64,000 nucleotides of DNA from Pseudactinotalea sp. Its GTDB lineage: Bacteria; Actinomycetota; Actinomycetes; Actinomycetales; Beutenbergiaceae. Below the pieces are notes generated by a model. That model searched no databases. It saw nothing but the letters and a program-made list of their open reading frames with translations, and had not been told where the DNA came from. A program made the position numbers and the translations under genes. Every line of letters starts with the position of its first letter. Position 1 is the stretch's first letter. Below are positions 16,170 to 26,036 of this stretch, one piece after another. The DNA lies in NCBI GenBank assembly GCA_048594485.1, contig JBMDXU010000015.1, positions 2,660-66,659 on the forward strand, written 5' to 3'.

Positions 16170-18473
16170 TCAGCTGGGCTCCAGCCGCACGACGACCGAC
16201 TTGCTCGTCGGCGTGTTGCTGACGTCGGCGACGGAGTCGAGCGGGACGAGCACGTTGGTCTCGGGGTAGTACGCGGCGGCGCAGCCGACCGCCGTCGGGT
16301 AGGAGACGACACGGAACGCCGGAGCACGGCGGTCGACGCCGTCGCGCCACTCGCTCACGAGGTCGACCATCTGCCCGTCGCTCACGCCGAGCCGCTCGAT
16401 GTCCGCCGGGTTGACGAGAACGACACGACGGCCGTGGTGGATGCCGCGGTAGCGGTCGGAGTCGCCGTAGATCGTGGTGTTGTACTGGTCGTGGCTGCGC
16501 AGCGTCTGCAGCAGCAGCCGTCCTTCGGGCAGCTCGGGGTAGGTGAGCGGGTTCACCGAGAGCTCGGCCCGGCCGCTCTCGGTCCGGAACTCGCGCCGGT
16601 CGCGCGGCGGGTGCGGGAGCACGAACCCGCCGGGGTGGTCCAGTCGTGCCTCGTAGTCGTCGAACCCGCTGATCACCCGCTCGATGTGACCGCGGATGAG
16701 TCGGTAGTCGCCCTGCAGGGCCGCCCAGTCGACGACGGGAGCGCCCGCCGCGAAGCGCTCCCGCCCGAGCACCTCCTGCGCCAGCCCGGCCACGATCGCG
16801 ACCTCGCTGCGGACCATCGGCGACGGCGGGCGCAGCCGTCCGGTCGACGCGTGCACCGCGGACATGGAGTCCTCGACGCTCACCCGTTGCGGCCCGGTGC
16901 TCTGGACGTCGGAGTCGGTCCGGCCGAGCGCGGGCAGGATCAGCGCACGCTCGCCGGTGACCACGTGCGACCGGTTGAGCTTCGTCGAGACCTGGACGGT
17001 CAGCCGGCACCGCCGCATCGCGGCCTCGGTGACCTCGGTGTCGGGGGTCGCCCGGAGGAAGTTGCCACCCATCGCCATGAACACGCCGACGGCGCCGTCG
17101 CGCATCGCGCGGATGGCGGCGACCGTGTCGTGGCCGTGGTGGCGAGGGGAGGCGAACCCGAACTCGGCGTCGAGCCGGTCGTGGAACACCTCGGGCATCT
17201 GCTCGAAGATGCCCATCGTGCGGTCGCCCTGCACGTTGGAGTGCCCGCGCACCGGGCACACACCCGCACCCGGGCGTCCGATGTTGCCCTGCAGCAGCAG
17301 CACGTTGACGATCTCGGTGATCGTCGGCACGGCGTGCTTGTGCTGCGTCAGCCCCATCGCCCAGCACACGATCGAGCGCGGCGAGGCGGCGAACATCTCG
17401 CCGAGCTCGCGGACCTGCGCCTGCGTCAGCCCGGTCGCCGTCTCGATCTCCGTCCACGGCACCGTGCGCAGATGCTCGCGATACGCCTCGACGCCGTGGC
17501 ACGAGCCGGCGAGGAAGTCGTGGTCGAGGACGCCGCCTCGCTCCCCCTCCACCTCGAGCAGGTGCTTGCCGACCCCGAGGAACAGTCCGAGGTCGCCGCC
17601 GAGCCTGATCGGCAGGTGCAGGTCGGAGAGCTTCTCGCCCACGCCGGCGAGCCCTGCCGGCGTCTGCGGGTCGCGGAACTCGATCAGCCCCGCCTCCGGG
17701 AGCGGGTTGACCGACACGATGCGCGCGCCGTTGCGCTTGGCCTTGCCGAGCGCGGAGAGCATCCGCGGGTGGTTCGTGCCCGGGTTCTGCCCGGCGACGA
17801 CGATGAGCTTGGCCTCGTAGATGTCCTGAAGCGAGACCGAGCCCTTGCCGATCCCGATCGTGCGCATGAGCGCGGATCCGGAGGACTCGTGGCACATGTT
17901 CGAGCAGTCGGGCAGGTTGTTGGTGCCGAGCCCCCGGACGAGCAGCTGGTAGCAGAACGCCGCCTCGTTCGAGGTGCGACCGGAGGTGTAGAAGACCGCC
18001 TCGTCGGGGGACGCCAGTGCCTCGAGCTCGTCGGCGATCAGCCGAAACGCGTCGCGCCACGAGATCGGCCGGTAGTGGGTGGCACCGGCGTCGAGCACCA
18101 TCGGGTGGGTGAGCCGCCCCTGCTGCCCGAGCCAGTAGTCGTCGCGCCCGGAGAGGTCGGCGATCGAGTGCTCGGCGAAGAACTGCGGCGTCACGACCCT
18201 GGCGGTCGCCTCCTCCGCGACCGCCTTCGCACCGTTCTCGCAGAACTCGGCCGGGCTGCGATGGTCGGGGTCCGGCCACGCGCACCCCGGGCAGTCGAAC
18301 CCGTGGGTCTGGTTGACCCGGGCGAGGGTGCGCGCAGTCCGCACCGGGCCCATCTGCTCCAGGGCGACCTGCATCGCGTGCGTGACGGCCGGAAGGCCGA
18401 CACTCGTCACCTCCGGGTCGCGGACCCGCAGCTCGGACTCGTCGATCCCGTGCTTCGGAGCGCCGCTCATCAC
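16170..18473 (-). CDS. FdhF/YdeP-family molybdopterin (bis-MGD) oxidoreductase
   Basis: 767 aa. The N-terminal HGFDCPGCAWPDP...EFCENGAKA signature is characteristic of the YdeP family, followed by molybdopterin oxidoreductase and C-terminal dinucleotide-binding domains. There is no in-frame TGA. Confidence 0.9.
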   Translation of the reverse strand: MMSGAPKHGIDESELRVRDPEVTSVGLPAVTHAMQVALEQMGPVRTARTLARVNQTHGFDCPGCAWPDPDHRSPAEFCENGAKAVAEEATARVVTPQFFAEHSIADLSGRDDYWLGQQGRLTHPMVLDAGATHYRPISWRDAFRLIADELEALASPDEAVFYTSGRTSNEAAFCYQLLVRGLGTNNLPDCSNMCHESSGSALMRTIGIGKGSVSLQDIYEAKLIVVAGQNPGTNHPRMLSALGKAKRNGARIVSVNPLPEAGLIEFRDPQTPAGLAGVGEKLSDLHLPIRLGGDLGLFLGVGKHLLEVEGERGGVLDHDFLAGSCHGVEAYREHLRTVPWTEIETATGLTQAQVRELGEMFAASPRSIVCWAMGLTQHKHAVPTITEIVNVLLLQGNIGRPGAGVCPVRGHSNVQGDRTMGIFEQMPEVFHDRLDAEFGFASPRHHGHDTVAAIRAMRDGAVGVFMAMGGNFLRATPDTEVTEAAMRRCRLTVQVSTKLNRSHVVTGERALILPALGRTDSDVQSTGPQRVSVEDSMSAVHASTGRLRPPSPMVRSEVAIVAGLAQEVLGRERFAAGAPVVDWAALQGDYRLIRGHIERVISGFDDYEARLDHPGGFVLPHPPRDRREFRTESGRAELSVNPLTYPELPEGRLLLQTLRSHDQYNTTIYGDSDRYRGIHHGRRVVLVNPADIERLGVSDGQMVDLVSEWRDGVDRRAPAFRVVSYPTAVGCAAAYYPETNVLVPLDSVADVSNTPTSKSVVVRLEPS

Positions 18474-19204
18474 CCGAGGCTATCCAGCCGAGCCGACATG
18501 CCGTCGAGGAACATCGTCACGCCCTGCTCGACGGCGGCCCACGGCTCCCCCGCTGAGCTCACCGAGGCGCCGACGCGTGTCGAGAGCGGCAGAGACTCGC
18601 CGGCCATCGCCGCGGCGAGGCGGGGACCGACACGCTCCCACCACTGCTCGTCGGTCTGGCCCGATCGCGCGCGGACGTCGTCGAGACCCACCTGCCAACG
18701 CGCGGCATGCTCGGCCATGCCGCGCACCACGGTGACCGCCCGATCCATCTCCAGATCGCTCAGCCCGATGCCCTCGAACACCTCCAGCTCGGACTCGTAG
18801 CAGCGGCAGACCCCAGGCCCCAGCACCGGCCTGGCGGGGGTGATGTCACCGATCCACCGGTGCCGCAGCCCCGTCTCGAAGACCCCGCGGGCCAGTCGCT
18901 GAGCACCCGTGCGCCAGTCGCCCGGCACCGCCGGCGGCTCTGGATGGGTCGCGCCCACGACCTGGTCGAGCATCAGCTCGAGCAGCTCGTCCCGCCCGGG
19001 GACGTAGCCGTAGAGGGTCATCGGGGCCACCCCCACGCGACGGGCGACCTGTCGCATGGAGACCGCGCCGAGGCCGCCGTCGTCGGCGAGCGCCGTCGCC
19101 GCCCTGACGATGCTCTCGATCGTCGCCCCGGACCGCCCGATGCGAGTCGACGGCGACCACAGCAGATCCACCAGTGCGAGCGGGTCCGAGGAGTGCGTCG
19201 TCAT
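18470..19204 (-). CDS. TetR-family transcriptional regulator
   Basis: Track ORF 18470..19843, trimmed to ATG 19204 (MTTHSSDP...). HTH segment GLGAVSMRQVARRVGVAPMTLYGYV. Its stop overlaps the ydeP-family start (ATGA at 18470-18473). Confidence 0.88.
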   Translation of the reverse strand: MTTHSSDPLALVDLLWSPSTRIGRSGATIESIVRAATALADDGGLGAVSMRQVARRVGVAPMTLYGYVPGRDELLELMLDQVVGATHPEPPAVPGDWRTGAQRLARGVFETGLRHRWIGDITPARPVLGPGVCRCYESELEVFEGIGLSDLEMDRAVTVVRGMAEHAARWQVGLDDVRARSGQTDEQWWERVGPRLAAAMAGESLPLSTRVGASVSSAGEPWAAVEQGVTMFLDGMSARLDSLG

Positions 19205-19241
19205 CGGGAACACCTCCGGGGGCAGGGACGTTGATCGCTTC

Positions 19242-19254
19242 CGTACACTGTACG
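19242..19254. promoter_or_regulatory. Perfect 13-bp palindrome CGTACA-C-TGTACG, a candidate TetR operator in the tetR/helD divergent region
   Basis: Read directly from the sequence. It lies in the 65-bp gap between the tetR start (19204) and the helD start (19270) and is AT-richer than its surroundings. Confidence 0.4.
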
Positions 19255-19269
19255 AGACGAAGGGACAAC

Positions 19270-21390
19270 GTGGCCGCCGACACACAGTCGCTCCAGGCGA
19301 TCGCCGCTGAGCAAGACCACCTCGACCTGGCCGAGAGCCGCCGCACCGACCTGATCGCGCACGCGAGGAGCCAGCTCCGGCGCGACGTGACCGACGCGAC
19401 CGACGCCGAGCGGCACGCGTTGCTGAGGGCGCGGGTCCGCCGGCTCGAGGAGGCGAGCACGGGACTCGTCCTCGGTCGGATCGACACGGCGGACGGCACC
19501 ACGCACCGGATCGGTCGCGTCGGTGTGCCCGCGGAGGACGACGGCCCACCGCTCGTGCTCGACTGGCGCGCCGAGGCCGCCCGTGCGTTCTACACGGCGA
19601 CGCCGCTGGCGCCGCAGGGACTGCGACGACGTCGGCACATCCGCACCGAGGGCACCCGTGTCGTGGACATCGACGACGAGGATCTCGCCAGGACGGCCGT
19701 CGGGGGCCGGGACCTCGATCTCGTCGGCGAGGCCGCGCTGCTCGCCGCGCTGGACGAACGTCGCACCGGCACGATGGGCACCGCGGTGTCGACCTTGCAG
19801 CGCGAGCAGGACGCGATCGTCCGCTCACCCGCGACACCCGCACTCGTGGTCCAGGGCGGCCCGGGCACCGGCAAGACCGTCGTCGCGCTCCACCGGATCG
19901 CCTACCTGCTGTTCACCTCGCCGGAGATCGCCCGTCGTGGTGTGCTCCTCGTGGGACCGAACCCGCGGTTCCTCGCCTACGTCCGGCAGGTGCTGCCCGC
20001 CCTCGGCGAGACCGCCGTCGTCGCGGCGACGTGCGACACCCTGCTCACCGGTCATGCCGTCGCACGCGAGGAGTCGCGCGAGCTGGCCGAGGTCAAGGGG
20101 CGCTCCTCCTGGTGGCCGACGCTGCAGTCCTACGTGGCCGCGCTGACACCGGCACCGAGGCCCCTCACGCTGGCGCTCGACGGCGAGACCTACGTGCTGC
20201 CGGATCGCCGCGTGGCCGCGGCGATCCAGGCCGGCCGAGGTGCCAGCCGCCCGTGGCACGACGCACCCCGCCTCGCCCACGACTCCCTGCGCGACGCCCT
20301 GCTCGACGCGGCCGTCGAGAAGGTCGGCGAGCTGCTGGCGGGTGTCGAGGAGGGGCTGGAGGACGTGCTCGGCACCGTGGACCGGGCGCTCGCCCGCTCC
20401 GACGACCGGGGCGCCCGCACACGCGGTTCGGCGTCCGACGTCGACGGCGAGCTCTCGGAGGACGACGTCGACAGGCTGCGTGAGCGGATCGCGGCCGACG
20501 ACGCTGTGAACACCGCTCTCGACGCGTGGTGGCCGACGGTCGACGCGCACTCCGCGCTCGACCGGCTGCTGCACGACCCCGTGCTGCTCGCCGAGCACGC
20601 CGGCTGGCTCACGTCCGCCGAGGTCGACGCGGTGACGGGCGAACCGGCCGGGCTCAGCGCCGCAGACGTGGCCCTTCTCGACGCCCTCGTCGGGTTGCTC
20701 GGACCGGTGCGTGGCTCGGACCCGGACGTCGAGCCGGCCGAGTTCCTCGCTGATCGGGCTCTCGCCGACCCGGGCTGGACCTACGGCCACGTGGCGGTCG
20801 ACGAGGCGCAGGAGCTCTCGCCCATGCAGTGGCACATGGTGCGTCGACGGTGCCCCACCGGTTCCATCACCGCCGTCGGGGACATCGACCAGACGGAGGC
20901 CGCCCACCCTCACCTCGACTGGGACGGCGCCCTGGGAGACGTGCTGGGCGACCGGTGGCGGCGCGCCGACCTCACCATCTGCTACCGGACGCCGCGTGAG
21001 GTGATGGCCGTGGTGGGGCCGGTGCTCGCGGCCGCGCGCAGCCGTCAGGTGCCGCCACGGGCGATCCGCAGCACGGGCCGCGATCCGGTCGAGGTCGGCG
21101 CAGCATCGGACGCGGTCGTCGAGACCGTGAGGCGCTCGACGGCGGAGCTGTCGGAGCGCTATCCGGGCGGCACGGTCGGGGTCGTGACCGCGCCGGCGCA
21201 CCGGTCCGCGTTGGTCGCGGCGCTGCCCGGCCTCCCCGTGCTGCTCGCCCAGGAGGCGAAGGGACTGGAGTGGGACGCCGTCGTCGTCGTCGACGCCGCG
21301 GCCATCGCCGCCGGCCCGCGCGGCCACAACGCCCTGTACGTGGCCCTGACCCGGTGCACCCAGGAACTCGTCACGGTGAGTATCGGCTAG
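19270..21390 (+). CDS. helD: HelD-type (UvrD-like, helicase IV family) RNA polymerase-associated ATPase
   Basis: Track ORF trimmed to GTG 19270 (VAADTQSLQAIAAEQDHLD...). It has an N-terminal coiled-coil/secondary-channel-arm-like region, the segment RIGRVGV...PLVLDWRAEAARAFY, Walker A GGPGTGKT, and the UvrD-like C-terminal part EAKGLEWDAVVVVD...LYVALTRCTQEL. Confidence 0.85.
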   Translation: MAADTQSLQAIAAEQDHLDLAESRRTDLIAHARSQLRRDVTDATDAERHALLRARVRRLEEASTGLVLGRIDTADGTTHRIGRVGVPAEDDGPPLVLDWRAEAARAFYTATPLAPQGLRRRRHIRTEGTRVVDIDDEDLARTAVGGRDLDLVGEAALLAALDERRTGTMGTAVSTLQREQDAIVRSPATPALVVQGGPGTGKTVVALHRIAYLLFTSPEIARRGVLLVGPNPRFLAYVRQVLPALGETAVVAATCDTLLTGHAVAREESRELAEVKGRSSWWPTLQSYVAALTPAPRPLTLALDGETYVLPDRRVAAAIQAGRGASRPWHDAPRLAHDSLRDALLDAAVEKVGELLAGVEEGLEDVLGTVDRALARSDDRGARTRGSASDVDGELSEDDVDRLRERIAADDAVNTALDAWWPTVDAHSALDRLLHDPVLLAEHAGWLTSAEVDAVTGEPAGLSAADVALLDALVGLLGPVRGSDPDVEPAEFLADRALADPGWTYGHVAVDEAQELSPMQWHMVRRRCPTGSITAVGDIDQTEAAHPHLDWDGALGDVLGDRWRRADLTICYRTPREVMAVVGPVLAAARSRQVPPRAIRSTGRDPVEVGAASDAVVETVRRSTAELSERYPGGTVGVVTAPAHRSALVAALPGLPVLLAQEAKGLEWDAVVVVDAAAIAAGPRGHNALYVALTRCTQELVTVSIG

Positions 21391-22336
21391 CCATCAAGAC
21401 CGCGCGCTCGCGGACCGCGATGCGAACCTTCTCGGGTGTCAGCGCCTCGGCGTCGGGGCCGAGCTGCCAGAGCGCCCACTCGGCGTGCCAGGCATCCTGA
21501 AAGGCCACCTCCGACCGGCACCACCCTTCGCCGTCGGGCTCCTCGGACAGCACTCCGACGACCATCTCGGCCAGGTCGTCGCGCCTGGCGGCGCGGACGC
21601 GGACGACGCTGACGAGGTGCCCATCGGCGAGGAATCGCGCCGCACGCTCGCGCCAGAGCGCCGCGAGGTCGACCTCGGGGTCGCGCACCGCCGGCTCCGT
21701 CATGCTCCGCGCCGAACGGATCCGCGAGAGCCGATAGGTCCGGTCACGGCCCGACTCGGTCGCGAGCAGGTATCCCGCGCCGCGGGCGATGACGAGGCCG
21801 ACCGGGTCGACCGTCCGGGTACGCATCTCGCGCCCCGGGGTGGCGTACTCGATCCGGAGCCGTAAGCCCGCGAGCACGGCGCGGCGTACCTGGGTGTGCA
21901 CCCCCGCGTCGACGTCGTCGCGCAGCCGAGGGCGGCCGAGCAGGTCGGCGTCGGGCTCGACGAGGAGCCGACTCGCGGCACCCATGGCTACGTCGCGATG
22001 GTTCACGGGAAGCGCATCGACCACCTTGCGGAGCGCGGCGGACAGCGCCGATCCGAGCCCGAACGGGCCGTCACCGCGCCCCGATCCGGCGGTGAGCAGC
22101 GCCAGCGCCTCCTCGTGATTGAGGCCGCTCAGCTCGGCGCGGAAGCCCGGGAGCAGCGCGAAGCCACCGTGCCGACCCCGCTCGGCGTAGACCGGGACAC
22201 CGGCCGTCGAGAGCGCCTCGATGTCGCGGAGCACGGTCCGGGTGGACACCTCCAGCTCGGCTGCGATCGCGGGCGCGCTCATCCTCCCTCGCTGACGCAG
22301 CAGCAGGACGAGGGAGACCAGCCGATCGGCGCGCAC
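21371..22336 (-). CDS. YafY-family (HTH + WYL domain) transcriptional regulator
   Basis: Track ORF trimmed to GTG 22336 (VRADRLVSLVLLLRQRGRMSAPAIAAELEVSTRTVLRDIEAL). WYL-domain segment RLRIEYATPGREMRTRTVDPVGLVIARGAGYLLA. Its 3' end overlaps the helD 3' end by 20 nt (convergent). Confidence 0.88.
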   Translation of the reverse strand: MRADRLVSLVLLLRQRGRMSAPAIAAELEVSTRTVLRDIEALSTAGVPVYAERGRHGGFALLPGFRAELSGLNHEEALALLTAGSGRGDGPFGLGSALSAALRKVVDALPVNHRDVAMGAASRLLVEPDADLLGRPRLRDDVDAGVHTQVRRAVLAGLRLRIEYATPGREMRTRTVDPVGLVIARGAGYLLATESGRDRTYRLSRIRSARSMTEPAVRDPEVDLAALWRERAARFLADGHLVSVVRVRAARRDDLAEMVVGVLSEEPDGEGWCRSEVAFQDAWHAEWALWQLGPDAEALTPEKVRIAVRERAVLMASRYSP

Positions 22337-22438
22337 ACCCGATCGTCCCAGGAAACATGACAGGAGATGACGTGTATCGGTCCGACAGTGGTGATAAGGC
22401 GCTGCGACCGGCGCAGCCTCGACTCCGATTGGATTCGC

Positions 22439-22846
22439 ATGACAACGACACCCAGCCGCACCGCCGTCAACCCTGTGAGCTGGTCGCTCGCCTACGGCTT
22501 CAACCAGGGCGAGCTCGTCTCCGGGGCCCAGCGCACGCTGTACGTCTCCGGGCAGACGGCGACGAACGCCCAAGGCGCTCCGATGCACGAGGGCGACGTC
22601 CCCGCGCAGCTCGATCTCGCTGTCGAGAACCTCGAGGCCGTGCTCGTGGCCGCGGGGATGGGAATCTCGGATCTGGTCCGACTCAACGTGTACACGACCG
22701 ACATCGACGCCCTCATGCCCCACTACGGAGTGCTCGCCGGACGACTGGCCGCCGCCCGCGTCGCCCCCACGACGACGATGCTGCAGGTGGCTCGGCTGGC
22801 GATTCCCGGTCAGGTCGTCGAGCTGGAGGCCACGGCGGTCGGGTGA
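22439..22846 (+). CDS. RidA/YjgF-family reactive-intermediate deaminase-like protein
   Basis: Track ORF trimmed to ATG 22439 (MTTTPSRTAVNP...). LYVSGQTA...VENLEAVLVAAGMGISDLVRLNVYTTDI...LVEIEATAV-like C-terminus (here VVELEATAVG). It is divergent from the YafY regulator. Confidence 0.85.
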   Translation: MTTTPSRTAVNPVSWSLAYGFNQGELVSGAQRTLYVSGQTATNAQGAPMHEGDVPAQLDLAVENLEAVLVAAGMGISDLVRLNVYTTDIDALMPHYGVLAGRLAAARVAPTTTMLQVARLAIPGQVVELEATAVG

Positions 22847-22876
22847 GGCCCGCGTGCGCCGTGCTAGACAGAGCGG

Positions 22877-23707
22877 GTGAGCCGGACGACGCAGCGGACC
22901 CGCGCGGTGCGGTTGAGCGCTGACGGGTCGAGCCTGGACCGGATCGACACCGTCGCCGGTGAGGAGCCGCTGGAGATCCGTCTCGACGGCGAGCAGTGGC
23001 TCGTCACGATGCGCACCCCCGGGCACGACGTCGATCTCGTGCACGGGCTGCTGCTCGCCGAGGGCGTCGTCAGCAGCGCCGATCAGCTCCGCCGGGTCTC
23101 GTACGGGAACGGGGTGCGCTCGGACGGTCTGCTGTCCTACAACGTCGTCGACGTGGCGCTCGACCGGGAGGCGGGCGCCGTGCCGCCGTCGGCCGACCGG
23201 CGCAGGGCCGTCTACGTGTCGGCGTCGTGCGGCATCTGCGGCACGTCCTCACTGGACGCGCTCGCGCGTGCCACCAGCTACCCGGTCGCGGACGTCGGTC
23301 GGCGTGTGCCGCTGGCCACCCTGCTCGCGATGCCCGACCGACTGCGCGAGCAGCAGGCGCTGTTCGACCGCACCGGCGGGGTCCACGCCGCTGGGCTCTT
23401 CGTCGACGGTGAGCCGGTATGCGTGCGCGAGGACGTCGGGCGCCACAACGCCGTCGACAAGGTGCTCGGATGGGCGCTGCGCGAGGGTCGCGTGCCGGCG
23501 CACGACAGCGTGCTCCAGGTGTCGGGCCGGCTGTCGTACGAGCTCGTGCAGAAGGCCGGGATGGCGGGCGTCCCGGTGCTCGCCGCCGTCAGCGCGCCGA
23601 GCGCGGCGGCGGTCGATCTCGCCGACGAGCTCGGGCTCACGCTCGTCGGGTTCTCTCGCGGGACGTCCGCGTCGGTCTACACCCGAGCGGACCGGATCCT
23701 GGCCTGA
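22877..23707 (+). CDS. fdhD: Formate dehydrogenase accessory sulfurtransferase FdhD
   Basis: 276 aa with a GTG start. Motifs TPGHDVDLVHGLLLAEG, SSCGICG, GGVHAAGLF and VGRHNAVDKVLG. Confidence 0.92.
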   Translation: MSRTTQRTRAVRLSADGSSLDRIDTVAGEEPLEIRLDGEQWLVTMRTPGHDVDLVHGLLLAEGVVSSADQLRRVSYGNGVRSDGLLSYNVVDVALDREAGAVPPSADRRRAVYVSASCGICGTSSLDALARATSYPVADVGRRVPLATLLAMPDRLREQQALFDRTGGVHAAGLFVDGEPVCVREDVGRHNAVDKVLGWALREGRVPAHDSVLQVSGRLSYELVQKAGMAGVPVLAAVSAPSAAAVDLADELGLTLVGFSRGTSASVYTRADRILA

Positions 23708-23776
23708 GAGCTCGCGGTGGCGCGTATCACCCGAGCCCGATTCGTCCCAGGGCGTTACGGCTGGCACCCTTGGCCC

Positions 23777-26035
23777 ATGCAGGTCTGGCCGGGTCACCCC
23801 TATCCCCTCGGTGCCACGTACGACGGCAGCGGAACGAACTTCGCGCTGTTCTCGTCCGTGGCCACCGCCGTCGAGCTGTGCCTGATCGACGACGGCGAGG
23901 ACGGCGCTCCGGTCGAGCAGCGCATCGAGCTCACCGAGGTCGACGCTCACGTCTTCCACGCGTACCTGCCCGGCGTCGGACCCGGGCAGCGCTACGGGTT
24001 CCGCGTCCACGGTCCGTACGACCCCGCCCAGGGACACCGGTGCAACCCCGCCAAGCTCCTCCTCGACCCCTACGCCCGGGCGATCGACGGGCAGATCGAC
24101 GGTGACGAGTCGCTGTTCTCCTATCGCTTCGCCGACCCCGAGGCGACGGCGACGGCGAGCGCGGTCAACACCGACGACTCCCTCGCTCACACGATGACGT
24201 CGGTGGTGACGACGCCGTACTTCGACTGGGGCCGGGACCGGCCGCCCGCGCACGACTACGCGAACACCGTCATCTACGAGGCCCATGTGCGCGGCATGAG
24301 CAAGCTCCACCCCGGCATCCCCGAGGACATCCGCGGCACCTACGCCGCACTCGGCCACCCGGCGATGATCGAGCACCTCACGGGGCTGGGCATCACCGCG
24401 ATCGAGCTGATGCCGGTGCACCAGTTCGTGCAGGACCCCCACCTGATCGAGCGCGGGCAGCGCAACTACTGGGGTTACAACACCATCGGCTTCTTCGCGC
24501 CGCACAACGCCTACGCCGCCTTCGGCACACGCGGCGAGCAGGTGCAGGAGTTCAAGGCCATGGTCAAGGCCCTGCACGAGGCGGACATCGAGGTCATCCT
24601 CGACGTCGTCTACAACCACACCGCCGAGGGCAACCACCTCGGCCCGACGCTGTCGTTCCGCGGCATCGACAACGCCGCCTACTACCGGCTCGTCGACAGC
24701 GACCCGACGCACTACTTCGACACGACCGGCACCGGCAACTCGCTCCTGATGCGGTCCCCTCACGTGCTGCAGCTCATCATGGACTCGCTGCGGTACTGGG
24801 TGACCGAGATGCACGTCGACGGCTTCCGGTTCGACCTGGCTGCGACGCTGGCACGCCAGTTCCACGAGGTCGACCGGCTGTCGGCGTTCTTCGACCTCGT
24901 GCACCAGGACCCGGTGGTCTCGCAGGTCAAGCTGATCGCCGAGCCCTGGGACCTCGGTCCGGGTGGGTACCAGGTGGGCGGCTTCCCGCCGTTGTGGACG
25001 GAGTGGAACGGCCAGTACCGCGACACCGTGCGCGACTTCTGGCGCGGCGAGCCGTCGACGCTGGGCGAGTTCGCGAGCCGGATCACCGGTTCGTCGGACG
25101 TGTACGAGCACACCGGCCGTACCCCGATCGCCTCGATCAACTTCGTGACGGCGCACGACGGCTTCACGCTCGCCGACCTCGTCTCCTACAACGACAAGCA
25201 CAACGACGCCAACGGCGAGGGCGGCAAGGACGGCGAGAGCCACAACCGGTCCTGGAACTGCGGCGTCGAGGGCCCGACCGACGACCCGGAGATCAACGCG
25301 CTGCGAGCGCGCCAGCAGCGCAACTTCCTCACCACGCTGCTGCTGTCGCAGGGCGTCCCGATGATCCTGCACGGCGACGAGCTGGGCCGCACCCAGGGTG
25401 GCAACAACAACACCTACGCGCAGGACAACGAGATCGCGTGGATGAGCTGGGACCTCGACGAGGCCCAGCGCGACCTGCTCGAGTTCACCGGTTCGCTGAT
25501 CGACCTGCGCCGTCGGCACCCCGTGCTCCGACGTCGACGCTTCTTCAACGGGTCGGTCTCACACACCGAGGGCCAGCCCGATCTGCCCGACATCGCGTGG
25601 CTGGACCTCACCGGTGAGCAGATGGACGCGGAGGCCTGGAACACCTGGTACGCGAAGTCGGTAGCCGTGTTCATCAACGGCGAGGCGATCGAGGAGCCCG
25701 ACGACCGCGGTCGTCGGGTGGTCGACGACTCGTTCCTGCTGCTCATCAACGCCGACGGGTCTGACCTGACGTTCGCGCTCCCGGAGGCCCGCTACGGCGC
25801 CCGGTGGCGTGTGGTGCTGACGACCGACGACGACGCCGAGCTCGACGAGGAGTACGCCGCCGAGGGTGCGGTGCCGGTGACCTCGCGGTCGATCGTGGTG
25901 CTCTGCCGTGAGCCGCAGGACGCCTCGGCCACACCCGAGCGAGCGGTCGCCGCTCCGGCGTCCAAGACCGGCTCATCGCACACCAAGGCGGCGATCGGCC
26001 ACACGGAACCGGCACCCACCAAGCAGGGCGGCTGA
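23777..26035 (+). CDS. glgX: Glycogen debranching enzyme GlgX (GH13)
   Basis: Track ORF trimmed to ATG 23777 (MQVWPGHPYPLGATYDGSGTNFALFS). GH13 regions DVVYNHTAEG, VDGFRFDLAATL, IAEPWDLG and NFVTAHDGFTL. It has a C-terminal Ala/Pro/Thr-rich tail of about 45 aa. Confidence 0.95.
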   Translation: MQVWPGHPYPLGATYDGSGTNFALFSSVATAVELCLIDDGEDGAPVEQRIELTEVDAHVFHAYLPGVGPGQRYGFRVHGPYDPAQGHRCNPAKLLLDPYARAIDGQIDGDESLFSYRFADPEATATASAVNTDDSLAHTMTSVVTTPYFDWGRDRPPAHDYANTVIYEAHVRGMSKLHPGIPEDIRGTYAALGHPAMIEHLTGLGITAIELMPVHQFVQDPHLIERGQRNYWGYNTIGFFAPHNAYAAFGTRGEQVQEFKAMVKALHEADIEVILDVVYNHTAEGNHLGPTLSFRGIDNAAYYRLVDSDPTHYFDTTGTGNSLLMRSPHVLQLIMDSLRYWVTEMHVDGFRFDLAATLARQFHEVDRLSAFFDLVHQDPVVSQVKLIAEPWDLGPGGYQVGGFPPLWTEWNGQYRDTVRDFWRGEPSTLGEFASRITGSSDVYEHTGRTPIASINFVTAHDGFTLADLVSYNDKHNDANGEGGKDGESHNRSWNCGVEGPTDDPEINALRARQQRNFLTTLLLSQGVPMILHGDELGRTQGGNNNTYAQDNEIAWMSWDLDEAQRDLLEFTGSLIDLRRRHPVLRRRRFFNGSVSHTEGQPDLPDIAWLDLTGEQMDAEAWNTWYAKSVAVFINGEAIEEPDDRGRRVVDDSFLLLINADGSDLTFALPEARYGARWRVVLTTDDDAELDEEYAAEGAVPVTSRSIVVLCREPQDASATPERAVAAPASKTGSSHTKAAIGHTEPAPTKQGG

Positions 26036-26036
26036 G

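Noticed and set aside
16170-18473. Selenocysteine recoding in the formate-dehydrogenase-like YdeP-family gene
   Set aside because: The ORF is uninterrupted, with no in-frame TGA. This family uses Cys.
19205-19269. Rifamycin-associated element (RAE) upstream of helD, as reported for HelR-type genes
   Set aside because: I see no GC-rich inverted repeat of about 19 bp of the RAE type here. The only palindrome is the AT-richer CGTACACTGTACG. This cannot be excluded without the consensus matrix.
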